Source of the DNA: Bugula neritina
Lineage: Eukaryota; Animalia; Bryozoa
DNA: 64,000 nt
Assembly (NCBI GenBank): GCA_964035545.1
Contig: OZ037766.1
Location: forward strand, 24,172,126 to 24,236,125
Direction of reading: 5' to 3'
Shown in pieces: positions 54,266-64,000 of the stretch. Numbering within the stretch: the first letter of the stretch is position 1; each line of letters starts with the position of its first letter. The position numbers were made by a program, and so were the translations under genes. The notes under the pieces were generated by a model. That model made no database searches and had not been told where the DNA came from. It worked only from the letters and a program-made list of their open reading frames with translations.

Positions 54266-56580
54266 CAGCTTATAATTTCTAAACAGATGCTCTTTGTTTC
54301 TGCTTTAAGCTTTTTAAAATATTAGGATATGTACTATTTATACTTGCATGGATATATATAATATCTAAAGCATAATATTTTGTATATTATAAAGAGTAAT
54401 TTATTCAGTATTTCACTGCATGTATGCAACGTCTGATTAGTTTCTATAATATATACAGGGTTTTATGCACTGCTAGCAAAAGTTCTGATGATACATATTT
54501 GAGATTTTTGGAACATCAAACTAGCAATGTTTTAAATAATGTAATTATTTGTTTTGTAAATTAATAAAGACAAACTATAATTGTACTTGAGGTTAAAAAC
54601 AAAAGAAAAATGCAAATTGTTGACCATGTTAGCTTTGTTAACAGATCATTTCTTTTATAAAAAGTAGTGAATGAACCAGCCCGCAGCCACTCTCAACTTG
54701 ATAACTTGCAAGTGAATTCATGAAAATTTAAAAAAAATTGTATAAGTTTTGGCTGAAAGCTCATAAAGTTATGTTATTTTCATGACATTTTTGCCAAAGT
54801 CGAGTTTTATAGAAGTACATATAAATATACCATTTAATGTATAGTCCTATAATGGAATGTATGAGTAAAGGTATACTTTTACTCATGTTTAGGAGAATAA
54901 CTTTATTCATTCAGAATTTAAATGAAAAACAGTGCACTGGTGTATTCTGAAGTGCAGATGTATGCATTGCAAAATCTAACTATAAATAAGCAACTGATAC
55001 TACTTTTAAATTCTAAATCAGCTCACATATTTTAGTCATATTCCTGTGTAAATGCAGCAAGAAGAAGAGAACTCTTAAAAGATTGTGTTATTTCAATTGG
55101 TTTAACATCCTATTGCATTGCTTGAAACACCTATGTCATACATATAATAAGTCAGATGAAAATAAATGAAATCTGGTTCCCTACAGCTTTACCAAAAATA
55201 TCAACAATGCAAGTGCTCATAGCCTATCTATATAATTATAGCCAAAAGTTTATTTAACTAGAGAGGATATCAAAAATTTGCAACAATGTGAATATTGCAT
55301 CTTGGTTTATAACAAATAAGTTCCAAATTTAGCATACATTTATTATACTGCTAATAAAAGAATTGCTTTGAATACACTGTAAAATAATTTTTAAAATAAC
55401 AAGGTATAGTGCAAGGTAGTTAAATGAGCATTATATGACCATGGATTTTGTATGAAATAATAAAACAAGTTGAAGTTTGACTGTTATAAATTAAATAAAA
55501 TAGATCTAGATAGTCATATTTTACAATTATTCGCCTTCTTGATGACGTTTAACAGAACTATATATATTTTTTGATTCCAGTTAACACTGTTTCATAATTT
55601 TGAAAGCAAAATCTCGTGTTATATAGGAAAGGCATTTGCATGCTTTTAATCAGCATTTCCAGTTTATTTGCAGACTAAAAGTTACCATGAGCAAAAAATC
55701 TGTCTATAATTATGGCTAGTATCTATTATGTACATAGTTGCCTTTTTTGTTTTAAAAAGCTGTTTACTTTTACAATTTTTAAGTGGTAGCATTAAACTTG
55801 AATTGATATGAGAAAACAACTTAATTTCCCACAATAAATTTTGAAATGGAGTTGTCTTCAATTTTATCGGCACTTTAACAGGTGTTAAGAAAATGCACAC
55901 ATACACGCACCATGTGCACACATGCACACGTAAAAACCTAATTCCAATTTTATAAAGAGTTCATATTTTGAATATACATTATCCTAGTTGCATTGAAAGA
56001 GAATTATTTCATAATAACACCTTATGTTACACTTCGACTTAATTAAATTACACAAATATAACATTCAAGTGCATTACAGTATCTCATTTAAAGAATTCTG
56101 GTGCAATTTGGATTTTGAATATTAGGATTCAACAAGACATGACCTGAACGCATGTTCAAAAACATATTATCAGGAACAGACAACTCTTAAAAAATTCATC
56201 CAAGCAAGCAAATTTATACTTCAGCCTAAAACTAGTAGATTTGCGCAATACTACTCCGGTAACTAACGCATAATTCAATATAAGCGTTATTTTTAAAAGT
56301 GCAGCAACCAGATTTTGTAAATTATTAAAGGTTTTATTTTAATCAATGTATATAACTTCCAAGCAAGCTATTAGCTAGTAAAGATGATATTCAAATACAA
56401 AATATAGCGTAAGCTTTTGACGCTAGCTTTTACACAACCAAACATTATTAAATTCTAGATCTTTTTATTTAGTTTTCTCATAAATACATTGTTTATGTTT
56501 TTTTAGCTTAAGTTTTCTTACTCAACAGTTCAAATTTTCTTCATTATGTTATTATCAATTTGGCTAAAATATCTAGCTAT

Positions 56581-57101
56581 TGTAATGGATTCTCATCCTC
56601 TATTGTTCTGAAATAACTGCGTGCATCAGTATACTATAAATACTGTTGCGTATCATTCTTAATGCTGTAATTATAGTTAAGTAAGCTAGCTTGCTAATGC
56701 CTAAGTATGGTGATTACTGTTAAGCTTGCAGCATAATGTGATTTTACTGAAATACGCATTCTGAAGTTATGTAATATTTCTTTTACTAATGTTGCTTTCT
56801 TTTGTGTGTGTCCTTGGTGGCTGAGATCGGCATTTCGGAGTCCCGAAATGCCGATATTCGGCATTTCGGAACCCCGATCTCGGCAACAAAGGAATGTCTT
56901 TGTCTCGCTTGTATATAAAAGCCAGCGAGTTCCAGTGTAGTTCAGACTACTACTGGAGCTCGCTGGTAGTAGGACCACATAAGCTGTATCTGATACAAAT
57001 AAAGTTTATCTTTCATTCGTATTCAAATACTTGGCTTATTCTCTCTAACGCAAAGAGTATGTTCAAGCACTAGTTGCATTCATAACCCACAGTTTACTAC
57101 A
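56581..57101 (+). repeat. 5' LTR of element 2 (521 bp)
   Basis: Direct repeat of 63329-63869 with ~10 substitutions and a 20-bp indel. Confidence 0.96.
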
Positions 57102-57102
57102 T

Positions 57103-57120
57103 TGGTGGCAGCGGTGGGAT
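57103..57120 (+). other. PBS, tRNA-Leu
   Basis: TGGTGGCAGCGGTGGGAT, complementary to the tRNA-Leu(AAG/TAG) 3' end. Confidence 0.88.
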
Positions 57121-57152
57121 TATACGAATAGCTAGTTGCTGGAAGAAAAAAG

Positions 57153-58071
57153 ATGGCCCCAGGGGACCCAGCCCCCGAGGTAGCGGAGACACCAACCCTC
57201 ACTGTTGAGGCGTTGGTCACAGCCCTCCAAGAATTGCGGGGGGGGGGGGGGGGGGCAAGGACAGGCATCACCTGGTGACAGGTATCGCCTCCAGCCCCCA
57301 AATTTCGGAGGAGAAGGAGACGTAGAGCAATTCATCAGGGAGTTCCAGGATGTGGCCACCATCGCTGAATGGCCAGTACGGGTGCGCATCCTCCAACTTC
57401 GGGCCTGTCTGACAGGCCGGGCCAAGAGCTTCGCTCTTGGGCCTGATGAAGAGCACATCATGCGGGCTCTCAGGGCCCGGTTCGGTCTGACGACTGAAGA
57501 GGCGGCAGACCAACTACAAGTGATGAGGAGAAACCAAAGAACACATCTGGAAGATCACGCTAACGAGGTAGAGCGCCTGGCTCAGGCTGCTTTCGGCCAC
57601 GCCACTGGCGACGACCGGAAGCGCCTCGTTTATAATGCGTTCTTCCGGAGCGTGAACCACCCGGACCTGCAGCGATACTGGCTGGCCACCAAGGTCAGCA
57701 GTATAGAAGAAGCGCTGAAGATGGGGAAGGCTTACTTCCAAGTGGAAGAGCCTCAGAGGGCAAGCTACACAGCTCGCCAGGTGGCCAAAGACGAAGAAGA
57801 GGCACCCCTATCTTCAACCCCACAGGTGGCGGCAGCAGTAACTCCATCACCTGAGCAGACGCAGCTCACCATGTTGATGAACATGATGAAAAGCCTGCAG
57901 GCTACGGTGTCGGAGTTGCAGCGCAACCAGACGGACAGGCGGGCTCCCCGATTGCGGGACGACCCTGTCCGCCCCTCTCTGCCCACCTGTTGGGAGTGCA
58001 GGATGCAAGGTCATGTGAGAAGGCACTGCCCTAAAGGACAGAGGCCTTTAAACACCCAAGGCCCACGGTAA
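57153..58071 (+). CDS. gag: Gag of element 2, frameshifted by a G18 run at 57238-57255
   Basis: ATGGCCCCAGGGGAC start as in element 1; G5 expanded to G18 (+13); CCHC knuckle CWECRMQGHVRRHC. Confidence 0.88.
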
Positions 58072-61000
58072 CTTCCGCCACCCGTGGGCCTCACGCTAAT
58101 CCGGTCCAGGATAGGACTCGGAAGACAACAGAAGAGACCTCTCCAGAGTCGACCTACATCGAGTGGCAAGCAAACCGGAGATCTCGGAGACCGAAAGGCC
58201 TACCCGATCCTCCTGCCATGCCACTCGAAACCCGGATGGAACTAGAAGAAACCGGATGGCAGGCACCTCGGAGATCTCGGAGACCGCAAGGTCTACCCGA
58301 TCCTCCAGCCTGGCCACTCCGTAACCGGTTCGCGGGGTTGCCCGAGGAGGTTGTGGAGGAAGATTCAGCTTACTCGCAAGAGTACCCCAAGCTACCCTCC
58401 CGACCTCAGAAAACCCCCGTTGTCTCTAAGACGAAGAGGAGGCTCGCTGTGCGGACCCAAGTTGTGTCTCCCCCAGAGACTGACCGCTCCAGGAGCACCC
58501 AGCCGTATGGAAGCAGCTACTTCCTGCCCGGGAAGATTTCGGGTAAAGCTGCCACATTCCTGCTGGATACTGGGTGCACTACCAACCTGCTGAGTCGGCG
58601 TCTCTTTGACACTCTTGGGGCTCGAGAGCGGGCGAGCCTCGAGCCGTATGAAGGTGCGCATGGTACGTTGGCGGACGGATCATGCATTCCTTTCTACGGC
58701 GTCATCTCACTGCCTGGACGCGTCCGTGATCAAGCAATTCACGAGACGTTCATAGTCAGCCAGCTGAAGGAGGACGCCATCTTGGGAATGCCCTTCCTGG
58801 AGAAACACCAGTGTCACATGGATTTCCAGAAGTCAGTGGTGGTGATGGCTGGGAAGGAACTTGTCTGTGTTGACAAGTTTGGCAGGCCCTTGGTGGGCGG
58901 AGTCCAGGTAGTGCGGGACTGCACAGTTTTGGGGAGGTCCCAGGCGACTCTCCGATGCAGAGTCAACTGCAAGGGGATCGCCGGCCTGGGGATGGTTGAA
59001 GGAACGCACGGAGCCATCCGACTAGCAAACAGCCTGAATCGGCTAGATTGTCGGCAAGAGCTCCTCGTGCAGTGCATCAACCCCTTCACGGAACCTGTCC
59101 GAATATCGGTCGGAGCGCTGGTGGGGAAGTACCACTCCATCCAGGAAGCGGATGTGGGTCCGGCACTGGAGACAGTGGCCGACACCCAGGGGAACCCCCC
59201 TCACACCAGACGAGGAGCAGTCCCGGAGCACCTGGCTGACCTGTATGGCGGAGCATGCGGAAACTGTACGAGTAGTACTGAACGCCAAGTACTGGCTCAA
59301 CTACTCGCGGAGTACAGTGATGTCTTCAGTCGTGGCGATGGAGACATGGGGCTGACTAAGGTTATCTCCCACGAGATACCCCTGGCAGCCGGCACTACTC
59401 CCATCAGGCAGCCTACCCGACGTCTAGGCCCGAAGAAGGAGAAGGAGGTGAGCCGACAGGTACAGGATCTTCTGGACCGGGATCTGATTGAGCCTGCCCA
59501 CAGTGCGTGGAGCTCCCCAGTGGTCCTGGTCAAAAAGAAGGATGGTAGCTGGAGATTCTGCGTGGACTACCGCAGACTCAACAACGTTACCATCCAGGAC
59601 GCCTACCCTCTCCCACGGATAGATGAGTCTCTAGATGCCCTCGCGGGTAGCAAGTACTTCAGTACTTTGGATCTGCTTAGCGGGTACTGGCAAGTGCCCC
59701 TCAGTCCTGATGCCCAGGACAAAGCAGCATTCATTACTCGCGACGGGCTCTGGAAATGGAAAGTACTGCCATTCGGACTGACGTCCGCTCCGGCAACATT
59801 CCAACGACTCATGGAGCAAGTCCTCAGTGGGTTACACTGGAAGACTCTCCTCATCTATCTGGACGATGTCATTGTCATCTCCCCAGACTTCTCGACTCAT
59901 GTCAGTCGGCTGCGGGAGGTCTTTGACCGTCTCCGGGCAGCTGGACTGAAGCTGAAGCCCTCCAAGTGCGCACTCCTGCAGCCGGAAGTCACGTACCTGG
60001 GCCATGTGGTTGGCCGTGATGGGGTCGCTACCGATCCAGACAAGGTACAAGCTGTGAAGGAGTGGACTGTCCCCCGTGACCTCCCTGAGTTGCGTGCCTT
60101 CCTGGGCCTAGTAGGGTACTACCGGCAGTACATACCTGGTTTCGCAGGAGTGGCTCAGCCGTTAAATCGGCTGACCGCAAAGGGAGTCCGGTGGCAGTGG
60201 ACACAAGAGGAGCAGCAGGCATTCGACCACCTCAAGCAACGGCTAATGGAAACGCCAATCCTGGCGTATCCTGATCCAGCCAAGGAGTACATCCTGGACA
60301 CCGACGCCAGCGACCACAGCGTGGGAGCCGTCCTGTCTCAAGTCCAGGGTGGAAGTGAGGTGGTCGTAGCTTACTACAGCAAGACTCTCGCGGCCGCCGA
60401 GAAGAACTACTGCACCACTAGGAAGGAACTCCTAGCAGTAGTCAAGGCGGTCAAGCACTTTCGGGCATATCTGTATGGGAAATCGTTCCGTCTGCGAACA
60501 GACCATGCATCACTGATATGGCTGTGTAAACGTGCAGAGCCCTCAAGCCAGGTGGCTCGTTGGCTAGAGATTCTTGCCGAGTTCTCTTACCGAATAGAGC
60601 ACCGTGCAGGCCGGAAGCATGGGAACGCCGACGGCATGAGCCGCCGGCCGGTAGAGGACTGTAAGCAATGCCTGCACATTGAACAGCGGGACGGGGGACC
60701 CGCTCGCCTTGACGTGGAAGCAGAGCTAGTGGCAGGCACCGCCTACCAGTGGGAGCACGGCCATCTTCGAACCGAAACCCACCAGGACGGTGTCCAGGCG
60801 CTCCACGCCAACCCTACTCTGCACCAGAACGTCAAGGAGCTGTGCCGACTCCAGGAGACGCTACCCGGCGCGGTAGCAGACATCTTCCGGGCCAAGAAGG
60901 AGGGCCGACGACCTAGCGAGGAACAGCAGCGGCAGGGAGACGTTGAGTTCCAACTCTTCTGTCGTCGCTGGGATGCCCTCAAGGTCAGTCCTGATGGCCT

Positions 61001-63148
61001 CCTGATGATAACGTTAGCAGCAGACAACCGCCAGCAGAAGAGGGACCGCGTCGTCTGTCCACGCGCCCTCCGGCGGGAACTGATCTGGGACACCCATAAG
61101 CAGGCTCATGCTGGAGTCAGTCGGGTCATCAGGTGTCTGCGGCTGCGTTGGTATTGGCCCGGAATGACTCGGGACGTACGACTGCGGGTACGGCAATGCG
61201 AGGTCTGCCAAGCTAGCAAGCATGGCCGCCCTACGGAAACCACTGGTCGACGCCGGCTGTACGCTGGTCGACCGTGGCAAGTAGTGGCGGTAGACCTCGT
61301 CGGGCCTATGCCGTTATCCGCCAGAGGGAACACCTGGATACTGGTGCTCACGGACCACTTTACCCGGTGGGCGGATGCTCTGGCTATTCCAGACGCAACC
61401 GCCCCCACGGTGGCCCGGACCCTGGACCAACATGTGTTCTGTTACCTCGGTTTACCCGAGCAGATACATACGGACCAGGGCGCCCAGTTCCAGTCCCAGC
61501 TCATGGGAGACCTCTGCCGGATATGGGGGGTGAACCAGAGTCGGACCACCCCATATCACCCGCAAGGGAACGGAGTCGTCGAGCGGAACAACAGGATGTT
61601 GGGTGACGCGCTCCGGAGCCTGCTCCTTGGTCGAGGTCAGGAAGAATGGGACGTGGTGCTGCCGCAGATTATGCGGGCTTACCGCAGCACACCACACTCT
61701 GCCACGCAGGAGGCCCCAAACTTCCTAATGCTAGGCCGAGAGACGCGGGTCCCGGAACACCTGACGTACCATGTTCCTGCCCCCGAGTCACCGGTACACG
61801 AATATGTGGAGGGTCTGATGGACATCATGGGCAAAGCTCATGATGCGCTGCGCACCCAGCAGTGGCAGACCCGCACAGAGGACTCGGAGGAGCCCCGTTG
61901 TACCAGGTGGGAGACTGGGTCTGGATGGTGAGCTACCGTAGGCGACGCGGACAGTCGACTAAGCTTCAGCCCAAGTTCGTCGGTCCCTACTGCGTAGTGG
62001 AGGTGCTGCCCAACCACACGTACCGTGTGGAGCGCTCTGGACAGATCTCCGTCCAGAGCGAGCAGCGCCTCAAACCTTACCATGCCAGCCCAGACGCGGT
62101 GGGTCAGGCTCCACCCCTCCTGGAGCCCCACCGTCAGCCCAACCGTCGAGGACGGGCTACCCAGCCCCGAGAGGTGGAAATCGTGGTTCCCAGAGAGTCG
62201 GACCAGGAGCAGGCCGCCTTGATAGAGCAGCTGGAGCGACAGCAGAGAGAGGAGCGGGAACAGGAACAGCGGCAAGCCCTAGGACCACCACCCTCCCTGG
62301 GGGAGGACACCCCCACCCCCGTGTTGGGTGAAGGCGGGGACCCCCCTACTAGGGTAGCCGAGAAGCCACCAACACCACCGGTGCCTGTTCCAATTGAGAG
62401 GAGCCAGCGGTCAAGAAAACCCCCCAGGTATCTGGCAGACTATGCTGTAGGGCACCTGGAGTGGCCCCCTCATGAGGACAACCCACCCAGTACAGACGAC
62501 CACCCCATCTTGGCTGGAAATTCCCTCCATCACCCCGGAGAATTCCACCAAGAAGAAGATTTCACACAGCTAGCACGTGAGTTACAGCTTAAGTTGAATT
62601 CTAATCCTGATACCCCTGAGTATAATTTAGACACTGTTATTCAGACACTAGCATCAGCTATGGGAATTACCTCGCCAGATACCCAAACAGAGGAGCGTAA
62701 GGATACCGAGGAGGCCAGTCGATCCGACTCCCCTCTTCCACCAGCTCCTGTTTCGGCTCCCCGCAGCCAGCAGGACGACACCCCCTCTTCCGAGGTGTGT
62801 TCCGCCAGCGTTAGTGGCCCTGACCCCAAACCGGTTGAGCTCCAGCTCACAGCTGGGGAGGAGCAGGGCACTCTATACGGCGACCACCTCGCAGGCAGAG
62901 ACGAAGAAGACTCTCCAATACTGGCAATGCCTCGGGCCCTGGTCGCCCGCCAGTATTGGATATCTAGAGCACCAGGCAGCCAGATAGAAGAACAGACTCA
63001 GCCAACCCACCCACAATTGCCCCGTCACGGGCAGAGTATGGCACTTCCTTACCGAGAGTGCGTTCTGGATAGCGCAATCGAGGCCTGGTCCCGTATCCTC
63101 GATCCAAGTACAGAAGAGATAAAAAGCCTGGTGCACCACCTCCAATGA
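58047..63148 (+). CDS. pol: Pol of element 2 (via -1 frameshift at TTTAAAC 58047-58053); 1-nt deletion in a C run near 61893-61896; shorter tail lacking zinc fingers and zipper
   Basis: ORFs 58218-61931 and 61862-63148; PR/RT/RH/IN nearly identical to element 1. Confidence 0.93.
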
Positions 63149-63328
63149 TAAAACCGGACAATTAGGGGCTGCTGTCAATAGCCACCCGAACTGTATATAT
63201 TATCGTGTTACGTGTGATTAATCATAATACTTTTCTGTTAACCGCATATTTTTCTACGTTGTGTTTCATTTTTGTGTGGAATCATTGTTCTGTTATCGAA
63301 AAGGGGATGCTTTTCGATGGGGGGAGAA

Positions 63329-63869
63329 TGTAATGGATTCTCATCCTCTATTGTTCTGAAATAACTGCGTGCATCAGTATACTATAAATACTGTTGCGTA
63401 TCATTCTTAATGCTGTAATTATAGTTAAGTAAGCTAGCTTGCTAATGCCTAAGTGTGGTGATTACTGTTAAGCTTTCAGCATAATGTAATTTTACTGAAA
63501 TACGCATTCTGAAGTTATGTAATATCTCTTTTACTAATAGTGCTTTTCTTTTGCTAATGTTGCTTTCTTTTGTGTGTGTCCTTTGTTGCTGAGATCGGCA
63601 TTTCGGTCTTCCGAAATGCCGATATTCGGCATTTCGGAACCCCGATCTCGGCAACAAAGGAATGTCTTTGTCTCGCTTGTATATAAAAGCCAGCGAGTTC
63701 CAGTGTAGTTCAGACTACTACTGGAACTCGCTGGTAGTAGGACCACATAAGCTGTATCTGATACAAATAAAGTTTATCTTTCATTCGTATTCAAATACTT
63801 GGCTTATTCTCTCTAACGCAAAGAGTATGTTCAAGCACTAGTTGCATTCATAACCCACAGTTTACTACA
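63329..63869 (+). repeat. 3' LTR of element 2 (541 bp)
   Basis: Follows the PPT; ends TTTACTACA, then TSD CTAT. Confidence 0.96.
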
Positions 63870-64000
63870 CTATAACCAGTCAAAATTTGCTCTTCAGTTT
63901 CAAATTTTTATTAGAGAACAGTTTGGATATCTTCTTTTTTGCTCTAATAAATGATTGTTTATGTGTAAAAACTGGCAAATTTTGTAGTAGTGTGTGATTT

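Larger units (their letters stand above)
56581..63869 (+). mobile_element. Full-length Ty3/Gypsy LTR retrotransposon (element 2, sister subfamily of element 1)
   Basis: LTRs 56581-57101 and 63329-63869 (TG...CA); TSD CTAT at 56577-56580 and 63870-63873; PBS; gag; pol; PPT GGGGGGAGAA at 63319-63328. Confidence 0.98.

Overview
AT-rich, intron-containing animal (invertebrate-like) genomic DNA; not prokaryotic. Host genes: a convergent pair of SLC16/MCT transporter paralogs with identical 7-exon structure, a TMIE-like gene, two tandem paralogous single-exon ORFs of unknown family, a multi-Ig single-pass membrane protein, a two-cNMP-binding-domain (CNBD2-like) gene, and an IFI6/IFI27 (ISG12)-like gene on the opposite strand. 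Two related full-length Ty3/Gypsy LTR retrotransposons (4568-12564; 56581-63869) have 4-bp TSDs, a tRNA-Leu PBS and a UUUAAAC -1 gag-pol frameshift. The most striking signal is in element 1. Pol carries a ~490-aa transcription-factor-like tail (acidic patch, 2 C2H2-type fingers, basic region, leucine zipper). The acidic patch lies in a GT-AG-bounded in-frame 279-nt segment that is precisely absent from element 2. The LTR has a phased array of 19 CCGA/TCGG half-sites just upstream of the TATA box, against 9 in element 2, which lacks the fingers. This suggests (inference) a self-encoded, splice-switchable LTR regulator. Also present: tRNA-headed SINEs, two MITEs with AWWT TSDs, a minimal hammerhead ribozyme in a (TA)n tract, long (TG)n microsatellites, and several homopolymer frameshifts that may be assembly errors. 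All calls were made by eye, with no database searches.
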